The notes: a model not told the origin generated them from the letters alone. A stretch of DNA of 24,000 nt from an uncultured Actinomycetota bacterium (GCA_963765845.1 CAVXYJ010000003.1:44888-68887), one strand, 5' to 3'; counted from the stretch's first letter, positions 1-8,805 are shown. Translations and numbers: made by a program.

Positions 1-1068
1 GCCGTAACCGGCGTACTGGCTTCGCAGGGCGGCTTCGCCGGGACGGTGATGGTGGCGCACGATCGCGTGCGGGGTGAAGACGATCGAGTGACCGTTGAGC
101 AGCGCCTGGCTGAACATGGCCGTGTCTTCCGACCCGCCGGCGGGAGATCCCGCTCCGAGCGCGGGGTCAAAGCCGCCTGCCTCCTCCAGCACCTCGCGAC
201 GGAAGGCCATGTTGACCCCGGCGCCGAAGGCAGGCAGCGGATAGAGCGGGTGCTGTGCCCGCTTCTCGACGGGATCAATGACCTGGCGCACCAGCGCGCG
301 GCCCTTGCTGTGGCCGCCGAATTCCTCGAACCAGATCTGGGCCTGCGTCTCCAGTTCGGCGGGCAGGACCAGCCCGGTGGCGCATCCCGCACCAGCCGCG
401 CTGGCCAGCGCCTGCCAGAGCTGGGTGAGCCACTCGGGGTCGACTTCGGCGTCGTCGTCGGTGAACGCGATGAAGTCGCCGCGAGCGTGATGCACGCCGG
501 TGTTTCGGGCCCGGGAGAGACCGGGCCGCGGCTCGACAACGACACGCACCGAGACGTGGGCGTCCCCGGCATCGCCGAGCACGTCGGCAGCGACCTCGCG
601 CATCAGCTGCTCGACCCCGTCCTCGGGACTGCCGTTGTCGACGACGAGCAGGTCGACCTGCGGATATTGCAGGCGCAGCAGCGAACGAAGGCAGTCCGGA
701 AGCTGCTGCGGGCGGCCCCGCGTACAGAGCACGACCGAGGCCGGCGGGGCCGAAGCCAGGGCATCCCGGCGCTGGGCGAGGAAGGCATGGTCGGCACGGT
801 CACGCTCGGATTCGCCGGGGCCCGCGGGCACACCCAACTGCGCTTCGACGGCGGCTGCCACCCCGCTCGCGCCAAGGCGGCCGAGCGGTGTCGGCACGTC
901 GAGGATGCCCAGGACGCGACCGAACCGGCGAACCAGTACGCGGGCGGTGGGGTACCCGCGTTCACCCGGCTCGGGTTCGATGTCACTGAGCCCGGCGCCG
1001 AGGTCGATCTCCAACAGCCGGATCGGTGACTGGCTCTGACGGTCGCCGGGTGCGACGGCGCTGTCCAT
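1..1068 (-). CDS. Family-2 glycosyltransferase (GT-A fold). The 3' end (C-terminus) runs off the left edge of the window.
   Basis: This ORF is absent from the track because it has no stop inside the window. My reverse-strand translation starts at the ATG that is the complement of cat 1066-1068. It reads MDSAVAPGDRQSQSPIRLLEIDLG...SVVLCTRGRPQQLPDCLRSLLRLQYPQVDLLVVDNGS...GLSRARNTGVHHARGDFIAFTDDDAEVDPEWL...GAGVNMAFRREVLEEAGGFDP. These are classic GT2 blocks (VVDNGS, RN.G, DDD). The frame stays open to base 1 (356 codons). The + strand ORF 46..1029 is its antisense shadow. Confidence 0.85.
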   Translation of the reverse strand, partial: MDSAVAPGDRQSQSPIRLLEIDLGAGLSDIEPEPGERGYPTARVLVRRFGRVLGILDVPTPLGRLGASGVAAAVEAQLGVPAGPGESERDRADHAFLAQRRDALASAPPASVVLCTRGRPQQLPDCLRSLLRLQYPQVDLLVVDNGSPEDGVEQLMREVAADVLGDAGDAHVSVRVVVEPRPGLSRARNTGVHHARGDFIAFTDDDAEVDPEWLTQLWQALASAAGAGCATGLVLPAELETQAQIWFEEFGGHSKGRALVRQVIDPVEKRAQHPLYPLPAFGAGVNMAFRREVLEEAGGFDPALGAGSPAGGSEDTAMFSQALLNGHSIVFTPHAIVRHHHRPGEAALRSQYAGYG

Positions 1069-1140
1069 GTTCTTAACATCGGCTGCCGCGGACGTGTCTG
1101 GAGCCGTTGACTACTCCAGTCGGAGTAACTGAGCGTCGAG

Positions 1141-1165
1141 AATTGGGGCCATTCGGCCCTTAATT
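1141..1165. promoter_or_regulatory. Imperfect inverted repeat AATTGGGGCC-attc-GGCCCTTAATT in the low-GC region between the two divergent glycosyltransferase genes.
   Basis: The core GGGCC (1146-1150) pairs with GGCCC (1155-1159), and the flanking AATT pairs with AATT. Its function (operator or RNA hairpin) is unknown. Confidence 0.2.
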
Positions 1166-1320
1166 CTTTCCTTCTGACTACGTACAGTAGTGATGTCACC
1201 TTCGCAACACGCTGGGTGACGGGGTAGCGATGACCCGACGACGAGTGTGGTCGCCCCAGTGCCGTCGGCGAGCAGTGGCGAAACCGGACCTCCCGCATGT
1301 GTGAGGCCGGGGAGGCCGCA

Positions 1321-2193
1321 ATGACCGTTCTTCAGTCTGATGAGCGACGTGAGCGAGTCAGCATTGCCACGCCCCGCATCTCAGTGATCGTTCCAACCCG
1401 CAACGAGGCCGAGAACCTTCCGATCGTCCTCGCCGCCCTCCCGGCGGAGTACGAGGTGATCGTCGTTGACGGCAACTCGACCGACGGCTCGGCCGAGGTC
1501 GCCCGTCAGCTCAGGCCCGATGCGATCGTGCTGAACCAGACCCGTCGCGGCAAGGGCAATGCCATGGCGTGTGGTTTCGCCGCGGCCACGGGAGACATCC
1601 TGGTGATGCTCGACGCCGACGGATCCGCTGACCCCAAGGAGATTCCCCGGTTCGTTCGGGCCCTGATGGAGGGCGCCGACTTCGCCAAGGGAACGCGCTT
1701 TGCGGCCGGCGGCGGCAGCAGCGACATCACCCGATTCCGCCGGCTGGGCAACAAGGCGCTCAACGGCCTGGTCAACGTGATCTACGGGACCACCTACACC
1801 GATCTTTGCTACGGCTACAACGCATTCTGGCGGCACTGCCTGCCCGTCCTTGACGTCGAGCCTGGAGCCTCGAGCGATGACCTGCTGTGGGGAGACGGCT
1901 TCGAGGTCGAGACGCTGATCAACATCCGGGTGGCGCGGGCCGGCCTGAGGGTCGTCGAGGTTCCCTCCTACGAGCAGGACCGGGTCCACGGTGTCAGCAA
2001 CCTGAACTCTGTCAGCGACGGCGTTCGCGTACTTCGCACGATCGCCACCGAACGCCGCCGTAGCGTTCGCCCGCGTGTGATTACGCTGCCCGCCTCCATA
2101 GAGCCGAAGGAGATCCGCCTTCCAGCGTCGCGAGCCGGCACGCTGGAGGTCATCGACCTCGCGGCCGACGAGACGGTGCGACTCGAGGTCTGA
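1321..2193 (+). CDS. Family-2 glycosyltransferase (polyprenyl-phosphate sugar transferase-like).
   Basis: Track ORF 1297..2193. I prefer the ATG at 1321 because GGGGAGG at 1309-1315 lies 5 nt upstream. Motifs: ISVIVPTRNEAENLP, VIVVDGNSTDGS, RRGKGNA, VMLDADGS, and a GFEVE region typical of GT2/DPM1-like enzymes. Confidence 0.9.
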   Translation: MTVLQSDERRERVSIATPRISVIVPTRNEAENLPIVLAALPAEYEVIVVDGNSTDGSAEVARQLRPDAIVLNQTRRGKGNAMACGFAAATGDILVMLDADGSADPKEIPRFVRALMEGADFAKGTRFAAGGGSSDITRFRRLGNKALNGLVNVIYGTTYTDLCYGYNAFWRHCLPVLDVEPGASSDDLLWGDGFEVETLINIRVARAGLRVVEVPSYEQDRVHGVSNLNSVSDGVRVLRTIATERRRSVRPRVITLPASIEPKEIRLPASRAGTLEVIDLAADETVRLEV

Positions 2194-2339
2194 ACCTTGC
2201 CTCTGACGGGACCGCGGAACCTTTGCGCATCGAAATGCCTACTTGACCGCGACGGGTAGATTCGGCGATCTTGTTTCAGCGTGCTTCTCAGCGGCGAGAT
2301 ACGCGTGACGACTCCCGACGACAGAGAGCCTCGGACGGC

Positions 2340-2537
2340 ATGAAGGTTGTTCTGGCGCCGCTGGTCGGCGCAAAGGCATCCCTGGTCGAACGACAGGGTG
2401 AGCTCGTTCTGATCCTCGACAGTGGCACGTCGAGGTCCCTGGCAGCCGCGCTGCGAAGGGTGCTCGCGCCGGTGCGCGGCTGCATCAACGAGTCCGGGAG
2501 CGTCACCGATCCTGTCCAGGCGGGGTACGCGCCGTAG
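2340..2537 (+). CDS. Hypothetical small protein (65 aa). This is a weak call.
   Basis: This is the internal ATG of track ORF 2271..2537 (MKVVLAPLVGAKASLVERQGELVLILDSG...). By my hand count about 80% of codons end in G or C, which fits coding sequence in this genome. There is no recognisable family and only a weak RBS (GGACGG). Confidence 0.3.
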   Translation: MKVVLAPLVGAKASLVERQGELVLILDSGTSRSLAAALRRVLAPVRGCINESGSVTDPVQAGYAP

Positions 2538-2556
2538 CCATGGATGGCCGCCGGTC

Positions 2557-2802
2557 CTAGGACGCCTCCGTGTGATCGGCAGCCTTGGGGAGGTGCACGC
2601 CGCCCTCGCACCACGGGTCGCCGCCGGCTGCCGTCGCCCACGTCTCGGACGCGCCGGCGATGACGCCCTGCACGATGCTCTGCCGGCATCTGCTGCAGGT
2701 GCTGCGCGGCACCTCGCGCTGCTCGACCGCCTCCGTGCGCGCGTTGGGATCCCGGGGACGCAGCACCACCGCGACGTTGTCGTGGATCGTGACGATAGGC
2801 AT
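2557..2802 (-). CDS. Hypothetical small Cys-containing protein (81 aa), downstream of ilvD on the same strand.
   Basis: Track ORF 2557..2817. I prefer the ATG at 2802 (MPIVTIHDNVAVV...), which is preceded by GGGAGATGG. GC3 bias is very strong across the ORF. It contains C-x2-C (STCSRCRQ) plus a distal WCEGGVH. I recognise no family. Confidence 0.55.
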   Translation of the reverse strand: MPIVTIHDNVAVVLRPRDPNARTEAVEQREVPRSTCSRCRQSIVQGVIAGASETWATAAGGDPWCEGGVHLPKAADHTEAS

Positions 2803-2955
2803 TCCATCTCCCTGCAACTCACTCCCGAGACCAACAAGGTGCCTTGTCTTGTCCCACCGTTCCAGGGACCTTGGTCACAGAAAAGTGAATACAGGTGAAC
2901 GTTTGGTGACGGGTCGCAGGAAGCCGGGCATGTCGAGCTGCACGCGCAAAGCCGG

Positions 2956-4795
2956 CTACGGAACCAACCGGGCGGCACCCTTGTCAGCGGACTGAGCCAG
3001 CGCGGCATACGCCCGCAGCGCGGCTGAGACCGGACGCTCGCGCTTGCACGGTTCCCAGCCGAGTTCGTCGCGTTCCGCCCGCCGCGCGGCGAGAACATGA
3101 TCGTCGACCATCAGCTGGAGCGAGCGCGCAGCTATATCGATCCGGATGATGTCGCCGTCCTCGACCAGCCCGATGCTCCCGCCGCGGGCTGCCTCCGGTG
3201 AGACATGCCCGATCGACAGCCCGCTGGTCCCACCGGAAAACCTGCCGTCCGTGATCAACGCGCACGCGGCGCCGAGCCCGCGGCCCTTGAGAAAGCTCGT
3301 CGGGATAGAGCATCTCCTGCATGCCTGGCCCGCCCTTGGGCCCCTCGTAGCGGACAACCACCACGTCGCCGGCGACCACGGTCCCGGCAAGGATCGCCGT
3401 CACCGCATCGTCCTGGCTCTCGGTGACCTTGGCCGGTCCCTCGAAGAAGAGCTGCCCGTCCGCGACGCCGGCAGTCTTCACGACGCAACCGTCCTCGGCC
3501 AGGTTGCCGTAGAGCACGGCCAGGCCGCCGTCGGCGCTGTAGGCGTGTTCGACATCCCGGACGCAGCCGGCTACCGGGTCGATGTCCAGCGACTCCCAGG
3601 TGGCAGTGGAGCTGAACGCCTCGGTGGTACGCACTCCGCCGGGAGCCGCCGAAAACAGCTGCAGCGCTGCGTCTGCTGGCTCGGGCTGCCGGACGTCCCA
3701 TGCCGTCAGCCACGAGTCGAGGTCCGGGAACTGGACGGTGTGGACGCCTCGTTCGAGCAGTCCCCCGCGATCGAGCTCGCCGAGGATCGCCGGGATCCCA
3801 CCGGCCCGGTGGACGTCCTCCATGTGGTAGCGCGGCGTGCTGGGTGCGACCTTGCAGATGCACGGTGTCGAGCGGGAGAGCCGGTCGATATCGGCCAGGT
3901 CGAAGTCGACCTCGCCCTCGATGGCCGCCGCCAGCAGGTGCAGCACGGTGTTGGTGGATCCACCCATCGCGATGTCGAGGCGCATCGCGTTGGTGAAGGC
4001 CTCCCGCGTCGCGATCGAGCGCGGCAGGACCGCCTCGTCGTCGCCGCCGTAATAGCGGCGGCACAGGTCCACGATGAGCCGTCCCGCCTCGAGGAACAGG
4101 CCTTGGCGTGCGGCCGACGTCGCGAGGGTCGATCCGTTGCCGGGCAGCGCCAATCCGAGCGCCTCGGTCAGGCAGTTCATCGAGTTGGCCGTGAACATGC
4201 CCGAGCAGGAACCACAGGTCGGACATGCCGAACGCTCGATGTCGGCGAGGTCGTCGTCGGAGACGGAGTCATCTGCTGACGCCGTCATCGCGGAGATGAG
4301 ATCCAACTTGGGACGCGCGACACCGTCGCGGACGACGGCCTTGCCCGCCTCCATCGCACCACCGGAGACGAAGACCGTCGGAATGTTCAGGCGCATCGCC
4401 GCGATCAGCATGCCGGGCGTGATCTTGTCGCAGTTGGAGATGCACACCAGCGCATCCGCCTGGTGGGCCTGCACCATGTACTCGACCGAGTCGGCAATCA
4501 GCTCGCGGCTGGGAAGGCTGTAAAGCATCCCGCCGTGGCCCATCGCGATGCCGTCGTCCACGGCGATCGTGTTGAACTCCCGCCCGACGCCGCCCGCGGC
4601 GGCGATCTCGCCTGCGACCAGCTTGCCGAGGTCGCGAAGGTGGACGTGGCCGGGAACGAACTGCGTGAAACTGTTCGCGACGGCGATGATCGGCTTGCCG
4701 AAGTCGCCGTCGGTCATGCCGGTAGCTCGCCACAGCGCGCGGGCACCCGCCATGTTGCGGCCGTTGGTGGTGGTCCGGGAACGCAGCTCAGGCAC
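2956..4795 (-). CDS. ilvD: Dihydroxy-acid dehydratase (long, E. coli-type IlvD). The reading frame is interrupted by a 1-nt insertion, which is either a pseudogene or a homopolymer sequencing error.
   Basis: Near full-length collinearity with E. coli IlvD as I remember it: [86 protein letters not shown], and [17 protein letters not shown]. The start is a GTG (complement of cac 4793-4795), in frame with track ORF 2984..5026 and preceded by GAGGA. After MQEMLYP, the conserved [37 protein letters not shown]...SADKGA continues in the frame of track ORF 2956..3390. The span is 1840 nt, which is 613 codons plus 1 nt. Confidence 0.93.
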
Positions 4796-4901
4796 GGTCA
4801 GTCCTCGTCTCTCGTGGCCCGTCGAGCCTACGAGTACAAGCGCGGGGGCGTCGAACCACCGGACTGACCGATTCGGGATCGGCTTCGCCCAACGCTGAAA
4901 C

Positions 4902-6593
4902 CTAGCGATTCCCCCGAGGGTGGTCCACGGATTCGGCGGCAATGACGACCCGGTTGCGGCCGGAGGCTTTCGCGGCCAGCAGCGCCTCGTCGGCCGCGGC
5001 GACGACACCGTCGAACGAGTCGGCATCGGCGGATGACGCGAGGCCGAAGCTGATGGTGAAGGGCGCGACCCGGCCGGCGGTCAGGGCCAGTGCGAGGTTC
5101 TCGCGTACGCGTTCGAGCACGATCGTCGCCGCATCCATATCGCTGCTCGGCAAGACGAGGACGAACTCCTCGCCGCCGTAGCGGGCGGCGATGTCATCGG
5201 GCCGGATGGACTCACGCAGCACGCGGGAGAACAGCCGCAGCGCTTGATCACCGGCCTCGTGTCCGTGGGTGTCGTTCAGGAGCTTGAACTGATCGAGATC
5301 GCCGTACGCCAGCGCGTAAGGGACTGCCTCCCGTTGCAGGTCACGCACCCGATTCTCCAGGCTGCGCCGGTTGGACAGGCCGGTGAGCGGGTCGCTGCGC
5401 GCCTGGGTCTCGGATTCTTCGAATGCGCGCAGCATCGCGACGCGCTCTGCCGCGCGCCGGGAGGTGACTTCCAGGTACTCGACCTCGGACTGCGTCGGCG
5501 CCACATTGTCGGGTCCCACGGCATGCGTGACGCCCACAGCCTTCCCGCCAAAGCTGATCGGAACGCAGGCAGCCGAGCACGGGCCGGACGGACGGTCCTG
5601 CAGATAGGGGCAGGCGCTAAGCGCGCTGCTCGTCGGGAAGATGAGCGTGCGGCCGCGGGTGGCGGCCGGGCAATCACCCGGCGCCGCGACCCCGCAGCGG
5701 TTCGGTTCTTCGAGGCCGGCATTTCCGACGCTGACCGTCCGCTGGAAGTGAGCTTGGCTGGAGTCGGCGACGAGGACTTCCAGCTGCGGCCGGGCGAGCG
5801 ATTGGCGCAGCGCCTTGTCCACGACGCGATAGACATCGGGTTCGCTTTTCGCCATGTCCAGGGCCTCTTGCAGGGCTGTCGCGTAGGCCTGGCGTCGAGC
5901 ACTCTCGCGTTCGGCGCGCTCCCGGCGGTGTGCGCGCTGGCCGAAAGCGAAAGCCATCGCCAGGGTGACGAGAGCGGCGAGAGCCACCGTGGTCAGCAGT
6001 GTGGTCCGGGCTGTGCCGAGGTCGCTGACGCTCTGACTCAGGTCGGGGTTGACGGCCCCTCCCAGCTGCGTGGCGGCAGTCGCGGTAACGGCCCACATCC
6101 GGTCAAATGCCGAGCGCTCAGCCGCGATCGGAGCGGCGACCTGAGCTGGCGGGAGACCCGCAATGAGTGGAGCCAAGGCTGTATATGCCTTGGTGAACGC
6201 CGCGTTCGCCGCGATGAGGTCGCGAGCAAGGCCAGGAAGCTGCGCGGCCGGAAGGGCCTTCACGAGGTCTTGCGTCTGAACGGTCAGTGTCTGGATGAGC
6301 TGGGCCGCTGCGGCCACCTTGAGACCGGTCGCCGAGGTCGGCTTCACCGCTTCAAAACCGGGCTCGATGAGTATCTGGAACTCCGACAGCGACGTGCGCA
6401 GGTCGGCGACCTGCTGCTCGACCAGCGCATCCCGCTGCGCCAGCTGCAGCCTGCTCTCGCCCGACCAGAGCGGACGCAGATTCAGCAAACCCGCAGCGGA
6501 TATCGCGACGAGAACGGCGGCGGCGAACGCCCAGATGGAGCGCCGCACATGAGACGTCGCGGTGGTTGCCTGTCGCACGCGCTCTCCCCTCAT
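4902..6593 (-). CDS. Membrane-anchored diguanylate cyclase (GGDEF domain) with an extracytoplasmic helical region and a Cys-rich GAF-like cytoplasmic sensor.
   Basis: The C-terminus reads [12 protein letters not shown]...[24 protein letters not shown]...[18 protein letters not shown]. The active-site GGEEF lies at 5163-5177, and an RxxD I-site (RPDD) sits at the canonical spacing upstream. There are two predicted TM helices (about residues 20-37 and 198-218). Five Cys fall in residues 300-343. Confidence 0.92.
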   Translation of the reverse strand: MRGERVRQATTATSHVRRSIWAFAAAVLVAISAAGLLNLRPLWSGESRLQLAQRDALVEQQVADLRTSLSEFQILIEPGFEAVKPTSATGLKVAAAAQLIQTLTVQTQDLVKALPAAQLPGLARDLIAANAAFTKAYTALAPLIAGLPPAQVAAPIAAERSAFDRMWAVTATAATQLGGAVNPDLSQSVSDLGTARTTLLTTVALAALVTLAMAFAFGQRAHRRERAERESARRQAYATALQEALDMAKSEPDVYRVVDKALRQSLARPQLEVLVADSSQAHFQRTVSVGNAGLEEPNRCGVAAPGDCPAATRGRTLIFPTSSALSACPYLQDRPSGPCSAACVPISFGGKAVGVTHAVGPDNVAPTQSEVEYLEVTSRRAAERVAMLRAFEESETQARSDPLTGLSNRRSLENRVRDLQREAVPYALAYGDLDQFKLLNDTHGHEAGDQALRLFSRVLRESIRPDDIAARYGGEEFVLVLPSSDMDAATIVLERVRENLALALTAGRVAPFTISFGLASSADADSFDGVVAAADEALLAAKASGRNRVVIAAESVDHPRGNR

Positions 6594-6806
6594 CGGGTCT
6601 CCGCGCTCCCGGCGACACCGAGTCCCTCTCCACGCACATCGGCAGGGACTGCTGCCAAGGCAACGAGCACAAGGTCCCTCCGGTCGCCGGTCGCCGGTTG
6701 CCGACGCCGGCCTGGTGGCCGAGGCCTGGCAGATCCACAGCCACCGGCCAGGGTCGCGAGGCCTAGGGGTGGCGTTGCACTCGTGGCGTTGATAGGTTCC
6801 GGCCCT

Positions 6807-6852
6807 GCAGCGTCGAGGGACTGGTCAAGACATCGGCCTTCCTCGACGCTGC
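6807..6852 (-). terminator. Candidate stem-loop (perfect 12-bp stem, 22-nt loop) downstream of the ABC operon and upstream of the diguanylate cyclase.
   Basis: GCAGCGTCGAGG (6807-6818) is the exact reverse complement of CCTCGACGCTGC (6841-6852). It lies about 110 nt past the stop of the last operon gene (6964). It has no U-tract and a large loop, so a terminator function is uncertain. Confidence 0.25.
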
Positions 6853-6963
6853 GCCATCGCGTGGCCCCTCGCGTAATTCCCGCCGGGTCCCGTACCCCCT
6901 GGGGCTATCCGGCTGAATCCCGATGACGGCATCAGGCCTGGGCGTGCGGGGCTGGATGTGCTT

Positions 6964-7332
6964 TCAGGCCGTGGGCGAGGCGTCCCTTTCCTCGCGAACG
7001 GCAGCCAGGACGCGCACCACGTTCTCCTGCCCTTCGTAGACCTGCCGGAGCAGCCATAGCCGCAGGAACCGTGCTAGCGAGGCGAAGACGAAAAGCGCCG
7101 CCCCGATGACGCTCAAGGCGAGCATGGTGATCGCGAGAATGATTTCTGACTGGATGTTGCGGGGGTCGGATTGAGACGTGGACGACTGGTAGACGATGAA
7201 CGCCACCACAACGCCGACAATCATCAGTGCGACACCGACAGCCTGCAGTGCACTGTCGCGGCGGCCGCGGTTGGTCTTGACCTTCAAGTCGGCGACGTCC
7301 GCCTTGAACTGATCGATGCGGTTATCGGTCAA
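6964..7332 (-). CDS. Small 2-TM membrane protein, the last gene of the ABC importer operon.
   Basis: TTG start (complement of caa 7330-7332), with GAGGA 4 nt upstream. It begins only 6 nt after the upstream ATPase stop. There are two clear hydrophobic helices (ALQAVGVALMIVGVVVAFIVY and IILAITMLALSVIGAALFVFASL). Codon bias is coding-like. I recognise no family. Confidence 0.7.
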   Translation of the reverse strand: MTDNRIDQFKADVADLKVKTNRGRRDSALQAVGVALMIVGVVVAFIVYQSSTSQSDPRNIQSEIILAITMLALSVIGAALFVFASLARFLRLWLLRQVYEGQENVVRVLAAVREERDASPTA

Positions 7333-7338
7333 CGTTCC

Positions 7339-8067
7339 TCACGTCCCTAGATAAGCGGCGGACAACTGCGTTTCGATGGCGGACGGGGAACCGATCTCCG
7401 TCACGCGCCCTTGCAGCATGATGGCGGCGACATCGGCGATCGTCAGCACCACGCGCGCGAACTGCTCGACGAGCAGGACGGAGATGCCCTCTTCAACAAG
7501 CTGCGCCACGACGTCGTACAGCGACTTGACGACCAGGGGCGCGAGCCCCATGGACAGCTCGTCGATGAGCAGGATCGCCGGCGACGTTCCGAGTGCCCGT
7601 GCCAGCGCGAGCATCTGCTGCTCACCGCCCGAGAGCGTGCCCGCCAATTGTTTGCGTCGCTCACCTAATCGTGGAAAGCGCGCGTAAGCCGCGTCCTCGA
7701 GCGAGTGCAGGGAAAAGCCGAGCCTGGTGGCAAGCCAGAGGTTCTCGCGCACCGTGAGGTTGGGAAAGATGCCGCGGCCTTCCGGGACGGTGCAGACGCC
7801 GAGCCGGGCAAGGTCCTCGGCGGATGCTCCGGTGACGTCACGCCCGGCCAGCCGCAATTCGCCGCGGGTCGGAGTCATGAGGCCCGAGCAGACCTTCAGC
7901 GTCGTCGATTTCCCGCCGCCGTTGGGGCCGAGGAGCGCCATGGTCGAGCCGGCGGGCACCGCGAAGTTGACACCGTGCAAGACCTCGATCGGCCCGTAGG
8001 CAGCGTGCACTCCGACTAGTTCCAGCAGCGGTGGCGGCTGCTCTGCCGAGTCCGGTGAGACGCTCAC
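7339..8067 (-). CDS. ABC transporter ATP-binding protein, LivF-like (HAAT family).
   Basis: Walker A GPNGGGKST, signature LSGGEQQML, Walker B ILLIDELS. I place the start at the GTG (complement of cac 8065-8067), which overlaps the upstream gene's TGA as GTGA. The track's longer N-terminus (from 8184) lies inside the upstream gene and is Arg-rich junk. Confidence 0.92.
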   Translation of the reverse strand: MSVSPDSAEQPPPLLELVGVHAAYGPIEVLHGVNFAVPAGSTMALLGPNGGGKSTTLKVCSGLMTPTRGELRLAGRDVTGASAEDLARLGVCTVPEGRGIFPNLTVRENLWLATRLGFSLHSLEDAAYARFPRLGERRKQLAGTLSGGEQQMLALARALGTSPAILLIDELSMGLAPLVVKSLYDVVAQLVEEGISVLLVEQFARVVLTIADVAAIMLQGRVTEIGSPSAIETQLSAAYLGT

Positions 8068-8804
8068 GCGGCACCCTCTGCGGCACCGAGGTAGGCGTCG
8101 ATCACCGCTTGGTCGTTGCGTATGTGCTCTGGCGTGCCGACCGAAATGATGCGGCCGTAGTCCAGGACGTGGATGGTCGAGCACACCTGCATCACGAGCG
8201 ACATGTCGTGCTCGACAAGGCAGATCGCAAGGTCGTCGGTCGCGGCGAGCCGGCGCAGCAGCTCGCCGAATTCCTCAGTCTCGCTCTCGGTCTGCCCTGA
8301 CGCCGGCTCATCGAGCAGCACGACCTGGGGCCGGGTCATCAGCGATCGGGCGAGTTCCACCCGGCGCGCCGTGCCGGTAGCCAGCTCCGTGATGTCGCGA
8401 TGGGCGACGGAGGTCAGCCCGACGATCTCGATGACCTCATCCGCGCGGGCGTTGACGTCGACGCGGTCACTGAACTTTGCGGCGTTGCGAATCTGCCCTG
8501 CCACCCGGACGTTGTCGCGCACGTCAAGCGAGGTGAAGAGCTCGAGGCGCTGGAAGGTGCGCGAAAGTCCTTTGCGGGCACGTTTGAACGGCGGTAGCCG
8601 GGTGATGTCTTCGCCGGCCAGCAGCACCCTGCCGCCCTGCGGCCGCAGGAGCCCGGTGATGACATTGAAAAGTGTGGTCTTTCCTGCGCCGTTCGGCCCG
8701 ATGAGCCCGGTCACGGTGCCTTTCTCGACGGCCACCGATACGTCACGAAGTGCGATGTTGCCACCGAACTGGACGGTGACGCCCGCGGACTCCAGAAGCG
8801 GCAC
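8064..8804 (-). CDS. ABC transporter ATP-binding protein, LivG-like (HAAT family).
   Basis: Walker A GPNGAGKTT, a LivG-type C-terminal motif (VIDAYLG), and Walker B VVLLDEPASG. The start is a GTG (complement of cac 8802-8804), 1 nt after the permease stop and preceded by GGGAG. The track's N-terminal extension to 8927 overlaps the permease. Confidence 0.92.
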   Translation of the reverse strand: MPLLESAGVTVQFGGNIALRDVSVAVEKGTVTGLIGPNGAGKTTLFNVITGLLRPQGGRVLLAGEDITRLPPFKRARKGLSRTFQRLELFTSLDVRDNVRVAGQIRNAAKFSDRVDVNARADEVIEIVGLTSVAHRDITELATGTARRVELARSLMTRPQVVLLDEPASGQTESETEEFGELLRRLAATDDLAICLVEHDMSLVMQVCSTIHVLDYGRIISVGTPEHIRNDQAVIDAYLGAAEGAA

Positions 8805-8805
8805 G

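Noticed and set aside
46-1029. 327-aa + strand ORF, together with 500..1039 (+) and 603..1298 (-).
   Set aside because: The products are Arg/Gly/Asp-rich and low in complexity. They are antisense or out-of-frame shadows of the real minus-strand GT2 gene (1..1068). That gene has clear family motifs and runs off the window edge.
1968-3098. 376-aa minus-strand ORF spanning the GT2 3' end through the ilvD 3' end.
   Set aside because: The product is Arg/Ser/Pro-rich junk. It overlaps three better-supported genes in other frames.
4866-4883. Short hairpin GCCGAT-cccga-ATCGGT (read on the minus strand) after the cyclase stop, as a possible terminator.
   Set aside because: The stem is only 5-6 bp and there is no U-tract. 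That is too weak to report as a feature.
6566-6766. 66-aa + strand ORF with about 80% GC3 in the gap upstream of the cyclase.
   Set aside because: The product is Pro/Arg/Gly-rich with no fold-like pattern. It overlaps the cyclase start codon region. High GC3 occurs by chance in such GC-rich DNA.
5244-6926. 560-aa + strand ORF opposite the diguanylate cyclase.
   Set aside because: It has no recognisable domains and an extreme Arg/Gly/Ala composition. The opposite strand encodes an unambiguous TM-sensor-GGDEF protein. This is a typical long antisense ORF of a high-GC genome.
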